From the IMG/VR virus record IMGVR_UViG_3300043633_000107, positions 1 to 26,553 of that record: DNA of 26,553 nucleotides. One strand, 5' to 3'. This document shows, in pieces, positions 14,823 to 24,232 of this stretch. The notes under the pieces are model-generated. The model was not told the origin of the DNA. It ran no database searches and saw only the letters and a list, made by a program, of their open reading frames with translations. The DNA comes from a virus. Lineage: Duplodnaviria > Caudoviricetes. How positions within the stretch are numbered: position 1 is the stretch's first letter; each line of letters begins with the position of its first letter. The translations under genes were made by a program, and so were the position numbers.

Positions 14823-16627
14823 AATGAAATAGACTTTATTTTACTCTCTTTATTAATAAGAGTAAGCGTTCCCGATTCATCACTTATTAAATCATTAGTT
14901 CCACTCACACTGTTTATTAAAACAGTAACCCCGCTCACAGCCTTTATTATTGTAATATCAAAAATGGCTGTTGGTTCAAACCCTGTAACAATTAATTCCC
15001 CGGTTTCCGTTACAGCCAATCCGTTTCCACCATTATCAATTGAAGGCAAGAATCCTGTCAATGTTAATACAGCAGTGCCCGGCGAACTTGTAATATTATT
15101 TGTAATAGCAACGGAAGGGGCAAACCCGTTTAAATCTAAAATACCAGCAGTGGTATTGATTTGTAAATTAATACCAGGCGTAAGCCCTGTTAAACTTAAT
15201 GTGCCGACACCTGGTTCAACTATTATATTACCAGCATCTGTAGTAACAACCGGTTCAAATCCTGATATTACCAATGAACCAACTGCGATGGAAACCGTTT
15301 GATGATCAGATGCTGATACAATGGGTGCAAAAGCAGTAAGAACTAATGACCCAAAATATGTATTGATTTGTTCATTTACTTGTGGAGATAATCCATCCAG
15401 GGTAAGCGAAGCGAGATCAATATTTATAGACAAGTTCGACTGTGGTGCCATCCCTGTCAGGTTTAAAGCCCCAACACCTGTAGAGATTGTTTGATTATCT
15501 GATACGGAAATGACGGGAGTAAATCCATTCACATCAAGAGTAGCAACATCAACGATTATACTTTGATTTATTTGTGGCGCCATCCCGGTTAAAGACAACA
15601 CCCCTGCTGCAGTTGAAATAATTTGATTATCAGAAATAGATATAGTTGGAGCGAAGCCGGTTAAACTCAATGCACCAACTCCTGAAGAAACAGTTTGATT
15701 CTGTGTCGCTGTAACCGTGGGTTCAAATCCTGTTGTAGTTAACACACCAACACCGGCAGATACTGTTTGGTTATTTGGTATTGTTACTGTCGGAGCAAAC
15801 CCGATCAGTGACATTGCTCCAACATCGGAAATTATCTTTAAGTTGACCTGTGGTGAAAAGCCTGTTAATGATAATACCCCTGCATCTGCTATTATTTTTA
15901 ATGCTATAACGGCCGCAAATCCTGTCAATGTTAAAGACCCAACACCCGAAGCAACACTCACTGAAACTGTTGGACGAAGTGAAAAGGCAATATAAGCCTT
16001 CGGGCTTGATGCTGATAATGTACTTGCAAAAGTACCCATACCACCAGCCGTTGCCAATGTACCATCCTGTAATGAGAAGCCACCACCTCCACCAGAGTTA
16101 GTTGAAAAATCCTGCCGGTTGTTAAGGCTGGCTAAGCTGGCATCCGTCATATTGCCAATGGTTGCCGTATTTGAATCATTACCCTGAGTACAGATACAGA
16201 TACACATACAATCATTTTCGCCTGTTGTAAGCCCTGTTACAAAGGAAAAAGACTGGTCTGATGTTATCTCTGTGCCTGTAGTTGAAACGCCAATCGGAGA
16301 TCCAGTCGGCACACAGCCAGAATAAGCAACGGTGCCGGCGCAAACGTGATCACTCCCGGGAGTAACACTTGGCCCTGTGGATCCTGAAACGTATCTACCC
16401 CACCAAACGTATAACTTCTCGCCGCCGGTAACATCTAACCCGCCTGATGTGATCTCAGTCCATGAAATCGAACCAGCAGTTGAAATAGTAATGGATCCTC
16501 CTGCAATCGTGGTAGCAACCAAAATGACAATATCACCCGCAACAAGGCCCGCCGGTAAATTAACCGCCGTGGCGCCTGTTGTGCCAGCTGCTTTTGCTGA
16601 TGCTGCCCTAAATGCCGGTAGTGCCAT
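14819..16627 (-). CDS. Repeat-rich fibre/adhesin-like virion protein
   Basis: ~220-aa N-terminal beta domain (LPAGLVAGDIVIL), then ~15 G-x-L-x-L-T-G-F-x-P repeats. Confidence 0.75.
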   Translation of the reverse strand: MALPAFRAASAKAAGTTGATAVNLPAGLVAGDIVILVATTIAGGSITISTAGSISWTEITSGGLDVTGGEKLYVWWGRYVSGSTGPSVTPGSDHVCAGTVAYSGCVPTGSPIGVSTTGTEITSDQSFSFVTGLTTGENDCMCICICTQGNDSNTATIGNMTDASLASLNNRQDFSTNSGGGGGFSLQDGTLATAGGMGTFASTLSASSPKAYIAFSLRPTVSVSVASGVGSLTLTGFAAVIALKIIADAGVLSLTGFSPQVNLKIISDVGAMSLIGFAPTVTIPNNQTVSAGVGVLTTTGFEPTVTATQNQTVSSGVGALSLTGFAPTISISDNQIISTAAGVLSLTGMAPQINQSIIVDVATLDVNGFTPVISVSDNQTISTGVGALNLTGMAPQSNLSINIDLASLTLDGLSPQVNEQINTYFGSLVLTAFAPIVSASDHQTVSIAVGSLVISGFEPVVTTDAGNIIVEPGVGTLSLTGLTPGINLQINTTAGILDLNGFAPSVAITNNITSSPGTAVLTLTGFLPSIDNGGNGLAVTETGELIVTGFEPTAIFDITIIKAVSGVTVLINSVSGTNDLISDESGTLTLINKESKIKSISL

Positions 16628-16793
16628 CTAATATTTTTTTATCTGGTAAAACAAGTTGACCCGGTTTAAATTTTTCCACTGTTTCAATCGCCTCTTCTAA
16701 CATGGCCCGGCACAACTTTTTATTATCAAGCGGACCGGTCACATAAACCTTGTCATCTTCCATTACTTCAATTATCAATCTTGCTTTTACCAT
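16608..16793 (-). CDS. Hypothetical protein
   Basis: 61-aa ORF overlapping both neighbours. Confidence 0.65.
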   Translation of the reverse strand: MVKARLIIEVMEDDKVYVTGPLDNKKLCRAMLEEAIETVEKFKPGQLVLPDKKILDGTTGI

Positions 16794-17266
16794 TAATCAC
16801 TTGTTGCGCCGCTTAATGTAAATACCCCTGAAGCGTTTATTGCTACAGTCAGCGTATTCCCTGTTGTTGCTGTCACATTTGCAGGAGTTGTGTCTAATAA
16901 TGAAACACAAAGCAGTGGTTTAACAATGCTGTTTAATGTTGCATTCTGATAAATGACCGCAAATCTTGCTACTATCGAACCTCCTGAAGCTGTCCATACG
17001 GCATCATCAATATCAAAGGTCATTGTGCCACTTGAATTTGTCCAGGTCGGGTTAGTCAATGCAACACCGCCAGTTGTGTACCCGTTGCCGTTAGCGTGTT
17101 CATTTGTCAGATCGCCGTAAACATCCGTTCCGGTTGTAAGTGTTTCTGCATTTGAAGTAGATAAGAATAAAGCCATCTTCCAATTGCTTGTATTATCCAG
17201 ATCAAACGTGCCATCCGCCAAATACTTTTTAGCGTCTGCGTACAATTTCCATTTCCCTGCTGCCAT
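16793..17266 (-). CDS. Putative virion structural/fibre-associated protein
   Basis: KMALF...E...NGYTTGGVAL...WTASGGSIVARFAVIY pattern familiar from phage structural modules. Confidence 0.75.
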   Translation of the reverse strand: MAAGKWKLYADAKKYLADGTFDLDNTSNWKMALFLSTSNAETLTTGTDVYGDLTNEHANGNGYTTGGVALTNPTWTNSSGTMTFDIDDAVWTASGGSIVARFAVIYQNATLNSIVKPLLCVSLLDTTPANVTATTGNTLTVAINASGVFTLSGATSD

Positions 17267-17311
17267 TGTATGTCTTTTAAAGGTTTATAAAAAGTGTTAT
17301 TTTAATTTGTT

Positions 17312-19450
17312 CTACCATGTAGTTATTGCTACTCTTTTCCATGTATTCGTAGCAGTACAGATATAGATATAACTTGCATCCCAGCAGATATCCCCTTTAT
17401 TTCCTGTATCGCTGGCTGATGATGGGGTTTTTTCTGTTCTCACACGAAATTTATCTCCATTTATATCCAAATATGTTGACGGGGAACCTGTTCCTACACC
17501 AACTTCCCCAGTATTCTTTATAAAAAACCTGCTTGTAAATGTAGCCGCTGCTCCCGCAGACCCATTTGGTGCAGTTTGAAAATCAATGTCGCCTGTTAAA
17601 TATTCAAGAGTAGCCTTCCCATTAGCGACATACACAAAACCGCTATTATATTTTGCGTTTTCAGCTATAAACCCATTATTAACTGCAAATGGTTGTATCC
17701 CAATAGAGCCTGCATTAATCGCAGTATTACTTGAATTAAATGGAACAGTTAAACGACCTGTTGTTATATCTACATCACCGTTATTTGCAAATCTTACTTT
17801 TTCTGTTCCCGATGTATAGATTGCCGCATAACCGTTTGTGGATGAATTTCCGTTTATAAATTTCAGGGCAGCATTAATGTTAATTCCTATTTCATGTTGA
17901 ATTGAAAATCCTGCCTGGTCGGCTGTGGTTGAGTTGCCTGAATTAGAAGTTAATTTTGCGACCTGGTTATCCGTTGTAGCCAAAACAGCAGCTAAAGAAT
18001 TACTGCCATTGTTCATAAATATCGGCTGCATAAAGAATGTAAATCCTTTATAGGAGCCGGTTGTGTCACGAAGAACTAATCCTTTCTTTAAATTTGGAGT
18101 ATGTGTTACAAACTTTTCACGTTCTGTTGAATCGGCTAATCGAAAACTATTAGCAGTTATATCTTTATTAAAAAGAGTTTGAATAATTTTGTTACCAATG
18201 TTATATTGAGCCTGTGCCGTGAAATGGGTATGATCGCCAATATCTGGTTCATCTGTTGCATCAATCAATGTATATCTTTTATCATATAACCCGCTTGCGT
18301 AGGCTTTTTGCACGTGGTTCATCCTGTGAAATAATGTACCACTTCCTCCATAACAGGTAATGACAAATATTGGTACGTCTTTTCCAAACCATGTTTGAGC
18401 GTCTAATTGCTGAACCAATGTATCAACTTTCGCCTTATAAGTAGTATCAACCATTGTTGATTCATCAGATTCCCCTTGCATCCATGCCATAAATGAAATA
18501 TGTGGTGAACCGGCTGCGGCTATCTCTGATGTGATTGTAGAAAAATTGGTTGATCCTGCGGGAATCCAATTATTAATTGTGTTCGATCCCCATGAAAACA
18601 TAAACACTCTTATAAATACTCCTGTCCTTTCCTGTAATCTTTTAGCAAAATAAAAGAATGAGCCTGCTGCAGTATCGTGTGAAGGACCAAATCCGCCTGT
18701 TGACCATGATACACCAGGAGTATATGTTCCCATCGGAAACTGCCCTCGTCTTAAAATAACCCATGTATTTGTAACGGTGTTCCATGCTTGTACTTTTGGA
18801 TTGCTTGTAGTATCATAGTCGCCTAAATTAAACCCCCCTGCATTTGATTGCCCCGTCCATAATAAATAAATAGTGTCTGCTGATGATAATCCTATTGTAC
18901 CGGAGACCACGAAATCCCCGCTTCCGAGAACTGAAGAGCCGTTTATTGTTTTAATATTTGTTCCGCTTACCAATGCAGCCTGCTTGTTGTTAAATGTATT
19001 CCAGTCTGTACTATTTAAATATCCATTGGTTGATGTAGTTGCCTGGGAAATGCCAATCGTTCTATTTGCACTCAGATCGCCACCGCCTGTCAATGGCGAG
19101 GTAGTACTTATAGTTCGTGATGTGGGCACATAACTTGCACCAACACTACCAAGCGCGGGCCTCCACCTCTTGTAACCAATAGTATCATATACATAAGTGA
19201 CACTATCTTTTCTCTGCCAGCGAAACATACCATGATTCTTAGTGATCACATCGGCTGTGTCCTGAACGATATCCGGTAAAAATTTTATAACTCCTCCAAA
19301 TAGCTTATTGAAAATTGAAACCTTCAATTGCTTGTTCGCCTGCAGGCTATCATCAACCGTTATTTGCAAGTTGGGAACCGTGGAAAGATTCTGCGATTTT
19401 AAATCGCTTGCCAGCAACAATACCAGAATAACAAAATATATCTTTTTCAT
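17312..19450 (-). CDS. Tail-fibre-like protein with SGNH (SASA/CE6-like) acetylesterase domain and N-terminal signal peptide
   Basis: GQSN, WMQGESD, DHTH catalytic blocks; fibre motifs TTSPLTGGGDLSANRTI, NGYLNSTDWNTFNNKQ, C-terminal GDICWDASYIYICTATNTWKR; N-terminus MKKIYFVILVLLLA. Confidence 0.82.
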   Translation of the reverse strand: MKKIYFVILVLLLASDLKSQNLSTVPNLQITVDDSLQANKQLKVSIFNKLFGGVIKFLPDIVQDTADVITKNHGMFRWQRKDSVTYVYDTIGYKRWRPALGSVGASYVPTSRTISTTSPLTGGGDLSANRTIGISQATTSTNGYLNSTDWNTFNNKQAALVSGTNIKTINGSSVLGSGDFVVSGTIGLSSADTIYLLWTGQSNAGGFNLGDYDTTSNPKVQAWNTVTNTWVILRRGQFPMGTYTPGVSWSTGGFGPSHDTAAGSFFYFAKRLQERTGVFIRVFMFSWGSNTINNWIPAGSTNFSTITSEIAAAGSPHISFMAWMQGESDESTMVDTTYKAKVDTLVQQLDAQTWFGKDVPIFVITCYGGSGTLFHRMNHVQKAYASGLYDKRYTLIDATDEPDIGDHTHFTAQAQYNIGNKIIQTLFNKDITANSFRLADSTEREKFVTHTPNLKKGLVLRDTTGSYKGFTFFMQPIFMNNGSNSLAAVLATTDNQVAKLTSNSGNSTTADQAGFSIQHEIGININAALKFINGNSSTNGYAAIYTSGTEKVRFANNGDVDITTGRLTVPFNSSNTAINAGSIGIQPFAVNNGFIAENAKYNSGFVYVANGKATLEYLTGDIDFQTAPNGSAGAAATFTSRFFIKNTGEVGVGTGSPSTYLDINGDKFRVRTEKTPSSASDTGNKGDICWDASYIYICTATNTWKRVAITTW

Positions 19451-19451
19451 A

Positions 19452-20456
19452 TTAATAGAATATTACCGGGATAAGCCCGTGGTTTTTTACATTTGTTTCT
19501 ACATCGCCGGTGTTGGCCACTGTTAATCCGCTTACCGGGATGGCGCCATTATCATTGTTAACGTAATAAGTATTACCCTGAGCCCCGCCGGCGCTATCGT
19601 TCCTGTAATACTGCAGGGCATGGTTGTGTTGTTTAATTGAATCCGGCTCATATCCACCTACAGATGCATCTAACCTGCTCAGATCAAGGCCGCGGCTTAA
19701 ATCCAACCCACGCTGATACAGGCCACGCAAATCGGGAACACGGAAAGTGGTACTGCCATTCCCCACTGAAAAGAAAGCCTGGTAACGGATATCGGAAAGC
19801 CATGTGGCATCTGCAATGGCTATCGCACTTACAGCAGCCCATAACCGCGGATAATCTGCACGAACCAATAAGGATCCCGGGGTTTCCGGGTTGCATCCAT
19901 TTGCTATAACAGTATTTCGTGGTTGCAAACGACATAACTTATCCTGACCTACTTTATCAAAATTTCCTTTTGGTTCAATTAGTTCCCAATAGATAGCAAC
20001 ACCTGCACCGGCTGCATCATCATTGGCTGCTACCAAAATAATTTCTTCGCCATCGCAGAGATACAATAATGAATTATTTACATTTCCATCCCTTATAACT
20101 TCAGTGCCATCGGGCAATATTTTAGCGGCCTTCCCGGATGATGCCGTGATCTTTGCTTTTATTTTAAGCCTCGAGCCTACAGCGAAATTGGCAACCGGAT
20201 CGAGGGAAAGTGTGAGATTGTTATTTTTTACAGCTAATATCAATTTAAAGATATCGGCTGCTGTTATTGCTGCATCGGCAGTAATGATCTTTTGGCCCAA
20301 AAAACTGCCCAGCCTGTTATACAGGTATTGAGTACGATCGGCTAATTGTTCTATCGGCACATTGCTTTCGCCACTTACTCCACCCAGCACAGGATCGGTA
20401 ATGTCCACCGTTTGCACGGTTGGAAAAGTATTATTGGGAGTGTAATTGGTAGGCAT
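19452..20456 (-). CDS. Tail fibre protein with collar-like domain
   Basis: N-terminal GG..G.SN...QLADRTQYL; RADYPRLW...GNGSTTFRVPDLRG...HNH. Confidence 0.88.
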   Translation of the reverse strand: MPTNYTPNNTFPTVQTVDITDPVLGGVSGESNVPIEQLADRTQYLYNRLGSFLGQKIITADAAITAADIFKLILAVKNNNLTLSLDPVANFAVGSRLKIKAKITASSGKAAKILPDGTEVIRDGNVNNSLLYLCDGEEIILVAANDDAAGAGVAIYWELIEPKGNFDKVGQDKLCRLQPRNTVIANGCNPETPGSLLVRADYPRLWAAVSAIAIADATWLSDIRYQAFFSVGNGSTTFRVPDLRGLYQRGLDLSRGLDLSRLDASVGGYEPDSIKQHNHALQYYRNDSAGGAQGNTYYVNNDNGAIPVSGLTVANTGDVETNVKNHGLIPVIFY

Positions 20457-20458
20457 GA

Positions 20459-20803
20459 TCAGACTATTTTAACTTTATAGCTCAGTGAATAACTTACCCC
20501 GAGCACTTTTACTTTTGATGGAATTACTTTGCGATGCACCAGCACATCATCATCGTTGTATAATCCCATTTCTTCAATGGTCATGGCCGGGTCGCTGTCG
20601 GCCAGCGTTGCCTGGAACTCTACAATATTGTTTGCGAGATAATTCACCGTTGTAACGGGTTTAATAACGGCGCCTGTCAATGCTGTATCCGCAGGATCCG
20701 CCGGCGTGTTGCTGGTACCTACACCGATCTTGGTTATTAATTTACCGGCAGGATCGCCACCTAAAAGATCTTCTACATTTAATTTTCCCGCTGTCAGTAC
20801 CAT
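20459..20803 (-). CDS. Tail-fibre attachment/baseplate protein (gpH N-terminal-like)
   Basis: ITKIGVGT...DTAL...IEEMGLY; position after gpI. Confidence 0.75.
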   Translation of the reverse strand: MVLTAGKLNVEDLLGGDPAGKLITKIGVGTSNTPADPADTALTGAVIKPVTTVNYLANNIVEFQATLADSDPAMTIEEMGLYNDDDVLVHRKVIPSKVKVLGVSYSLSYKVKIV

Positions 20804-20813
20804 GATAAATATT

Positions 20814-21464
20814 TTATGGTGTTATCGATATTACATCCGCTTCACCGCTATGATCATGTGTGCCATCGTAATCTGCCGTGCCATCATAGAACAATGAACT
20901 GCTTAAATAAATAGTATCCTCTGCACTTATCAACTCTTCAATACTGGTTTCCTCTTCACCAAATTCTACAATATCATCCACGGCAATGATCACATTCACA
21001 CCAACCAGGAAACTTCTTACATTCTTATACTCTTCCACCATTGCGATGATGTCGGCAAAACCGGTATCGGTAAGGATCACCTGCTGGTTTGCTATCGTTA
21101 AACTAAACTTGGCCCAATGTCCGGCCACATGCTCCGTAATAACGATATCATGAAACCCCACACTTTTCAAAGATTCACGGACCGCCCACACTGTTCCTTT
21201 GTACTTATGAAACTCAATGGCCCGTTTTAAAACATCCCGCTTCTGTTGCTCCGTGGTGGCCAGCCTGAAACCTTTATGTCCTAATACATCAAACTGCTCC
21301 GCCAGTATCGGTAATGCTCTTGCATCTACCTGGTCAATAAAATAAATCAATAAGAGCTCCAACTTCATTTCTTCCAGGTATTCTCCTACTGCCAGGTCAA
21401 AGGCAAGGAAATGCGGGAAGATGGCCACGCTGTCCGGTAATATTGTATCTTCTTTAAGCATCAT
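20814..21464 (-). CDS. P2 gpI-like tail/baseplate protein
   Basis: LPILAEQF...KRDVLKRAIEFHKYKGT...YKNVRS; YDG repeats at the C-terminus. Confidence 0.88.
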   Translation of the reverse strand: MMLKEDTILPDSVAIFPHFLAFDLAVGEYLEEMKLELLLIYFIDQVDARALPILAEQFDVLGHKGFRLATTEQQKRDVLKRAIEFHKYKGTVWAVRESLKSVGFHDIVITEHVAGHWAKFSLTIANQQVILTDTGFADIIAMVEEYKNVRSFLVGVNVIIAVDDIVEFGEEETSIEELISAEDTIYLSSSLFYDGTADYDGTHDHSGEADVISITP

Positions 21465-22599
21465 GGGTACCTGTCACATTTACGGTGATACCCGTGCAAC
21501 TTGTAAATTCATTTGCTTTCGCTACCACATCAGCAACCGGCGATGTAACGGTGGTTTTGTAAACACCCAGTACCATGCAGGCTGCAACGATCTGGCTTAT
21601 CACCACATCAATTCCTAATTTGTGTTTCCGTGCGTCCCGGTAGGCTTCCAGGTTAGCTGTAACCAATGCTACAATATCAACCTGCACAGCGGTGGGTAAC
21701 AAAAGAAGATCAACTGCAATGGCGTATTCCAATTTTGTCGGCGCCTTTACTACTACTGTATCAGTAAGCGGTCTTACTTTTTCATCATTACAGATGGCCA
21801 TGATAGCATCTATAATTTCCTGGTCGGGAGGATCGCCATCTTCCATCAATGGAAATATATCAACCTGCCCGGGTATCACATTTGGAAGATCATCCACGGG
21901 ACCCGCATCCAGATCATGCCCGATCGTTACTGCCACATCTACAATATTGGGATGTGCTGATTTTGCAAAGAACTTATAAGCCCCTTTGGGACCTGCCACG
22001 GAAAAACTATCCGGGGCTAAAAAAATACGTTGCCTTAATTCATCATCTGTTTCTGCATCGCCGCCATTTGCTGTTTCATCGAGATTGGTAGCAGATACCA
22101 GGTAAGGTTGCGGATCGAGTATCACAGTGATCGTACCGGGTGCATATCCATTTCCCACTTCACCTTCCAATGTGCATTCAGCTTTTATATCCACTTCATC
22201 ATCTCCGGCCAGTACATCTTTTGTTTCCGTGGTTTTAAATACAACCTGTCCATCTGTACTCTGAACTCTTAACCCTGATGGAATGCTGAGATCGCCATGA
22301 CCGGATACTAACGTTAATCTCAATGTGCAGGTAGCAACGGATGCTGGTAAACGATATACACCCAGCGGCCTTCCCAACTCTTCTAATGCCTGGCCATTTG
22401 CGAATGCTACAAAACACTGATTGGCAGTTTCGTTAATAGCCTGTTCAACTAATGAAATCCGGTAGCCGATAGCATTGAAAACAATTCTCTCCACCTGGGC
22501 AGGTTGTAACGTCCTGCCCGTAAGCAGTTCGTACTTTGTTACCAGGGAAGCAACCACGCCATCCGGGTCAAGTGTTATGAATTGTATCTTATCAGCCAT
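21454..22599 (-). CDS. Baseplate J-like wedge protein
   Basis: GGDAETDDELRQRI, SVAGPKGAY, VRPLTDTV. Confidence 0.93.
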   Translation of the reverse strand: MADKIQFITLDPDGVVASLVTKYELLTGRTLQPAQVERIVFNAIGYRISLVEQAINETANQCFVAFANGQALEELGRPLGVYRLPASVATCTLRLTLVSGHGDLSIPSGLRVQSTDGQVVFKTTETKDVLAGDDEVDIKAECTLEGEVGNGYAPGTITVILDPQPYLVSATNLDETANGGDAETDDELRQRIFLAPDSFSVAGPKGAYKFFAKSAHPNIVDVAVTIGHDLDAGPVDDLPNVIPGQVDIFPLMEDGDPPDQEIIDAIMAICNDEKVRPLTDTVVVKAPTKLEYAIAVDLLLLPTAVQVDIVALVTANLEAYRDARKHKLGIDVVISQIVAACMVLGVYKTTVTSPVADVVAKANEFTSCTGITVNVTGTHDA

Positions 22600-22608
22600 A
22601 ATATTTTT

Positions 22609-23568
22609 TTATACTGCCGTCACTTCAATAGTAGCAGCATCTAAAACGTGTGTCATTAAAACAAGTAAGTAAAGAGCTGCTGAACCCGCATCGAAATCTG
22701 ATAAATCAAAGTCAGACAGATCAAAATCGCCTCCATGTGCAGGATTTGTTTCTATTAACCATATACCGTAAGCACTTAAATGAGTTTGTGCCCATAATAG
22801 CATTTCACCCATTGTAGCGAATGATTGACCATAGGCTACCGGTATCTGTGGCGAAGAAAATGAGAAGGCGTAACCCTGTCCCAAATCAAGCAACGGGATA
22901 ACTGCAAAGAACCTGTTATCAATGGCCAGCGAAATTGATATCGATCCGGTTGTATAAATGTGATTGGCATGTAAAATGAGCCGATCACCTGTTTTTTCCC
23001 AATGGCCATAAGAACTCCAATTTGCAAACACCCATTCGATCAATTGTGGAAGAGTGCCGAAACCACCTGCCGGCGGCGCTGGTGTAGCAGCCACATTATT
23101 CAATACAAGGCTGATATTATATCGCCTGTTATTCGGGTTTGGCGGATACAACGCAAACAATGTCAAAGAGCCTGTATCTGTTTCATCAGCCGGAACAAAA
23201 CCACCGTTGAGATAAACCAAAATAAGGTCGAGCAATTCACCATCTACCAATGCAACGACTACTTTAAACCGGACATGGCTGACTTCAATTTCATGTGTGA
23301 TCCTTTTCAGCGTTACTCTTTTCTCCCAAATTTCAATGGCCTCGATGATGGACCGTTTGATATTTGGAATGGCGAAATTGAGTGGGCGGTCAATGAACCT
23401 GAAAATATCACATCCAAATTCCGGGCGTAGCGGGTCGCTTCCTTTGGCAGTGCGAAGCAGGATATTCAAACATTGCCTGATATCTGCCAACCCTTCTGCG
23501 ATGTAACCAACGCCAACGGTACTTATCTGCCAGTTATTTGTTTTTATATCAGGGAATAATGCTTTCAT
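22609..23568 (-). CDS. gpW/gp25-like baseplate protein with long C-terminal extension
   Basis: IRQCLNILLRTAKGSDPLRPEFG...AIEIWEKRV in the first ~115 aa. Confidence 0.88.
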   Translation of the reverse strand: MKALFPDIKTNNWQISTVGVGYIAEGLADIRQCLNILLRTAKGSDPLRPEFGCDIFRFIDRPLNFAIPNIKRSIIEAIEIWEKRVTLKRITHEIEVSHVRFKVVVALVDGELLDLILVYLNGGFVPADETDTGSLTLFALYPPNPNNRRYNISLVLNNVAATPAPPAGGFGTLPQLIEWVFANWSSYGHWEKTGDRLILHANHIYTTGSISISLAIDNRFFAVIPLLDLGQGYAFSFSSPQIPVAYGQSFATMGEMLLWAQTHLSAYGIWLIETNPAHGGDFDLSDFDLSDFDAGSAALYLLVLMTHVLDAATIEVTAV

Positions 23569-23571
23569 TCG

Positions 23572-24231
23572 TTATGGTGTTGGTGTGCCGGTTATACCAC
23601 CGCCGACTGTAACGCCGGTATGTTTGTGTGTGCCCAGCCTGATCGTTCCTTCCATTACCTGCCCGCCCGTGATGGTACCTGATACACTAATACTTCCGGC
23701 GCCTGTAATGGCCCCGCTGCCTGTAATGGCAATAGATGCTGCAATTAATTGGCCTGTTACAGTTACCGTTGGCGATGTGAAGAGTACTCCCTGCGGCGCA
23801 ATCACTTCTACAATACCTGTCAAAGATTCTATGGTGGCCTGGTTGCATCTGATATTAACTTTACCTGTGCCTGTTCCGTTAATATCAATGTCTAAATCTC
23901 CCGGGCCATTGATGGATAAAGATTTAGAATTACGGTCAAATTCCACCCGTAAACTTCCCGTAAATTTCACAGCCACTTTACCATCAGCGCCGCCGATCGG
24001 ACCATTACCTGTATCATAAATGGCGCCGCCGATCACTCCGTATTCCAGGTTATCATCCATCAGGCACCATACATGCTCATTCACATCAAAGGGGATACTG
24101 TATTTATCCTCCTTTGTTTTTGGAACGGATATAGGTAGCCAATAGCTAACAATGCCATCTTCACCGTCAAATTTTACACGGGCCTGGCCTTTGTCTGCAT
24201 CCACTTCTGATATGATTCCGAACCTGAGCAT
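23572..24231 (-). CDS. Baseplate spike protein V (gpV)
   Basis: GIISEVD...ARV.F...SYWL...GVIGGAIY; C-terminal HKH metal-binding tip. Confidence 0.92.
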   Translation of the reverse strand: MLRFGIISEVDADKGQARVKFDGEDGIVSYWLPISVPKTKEDKYSIPFDVNEHVWCLMDDNLEYGVIGGAIYDTGNGPIGGADGKVAVKFTGSLRVEFDRNSKSLSINGPGDLDIDINGTGTGKVNIRCNQATIESLTGIVEVIAPQGVLFTSPTVTVTGQLIAASIAITGSGAITGAGSISVSGTITGGQVMEGTIRLGTHKHTGVTVGGGITGTPTP

Positions 24232-24232
24232 A

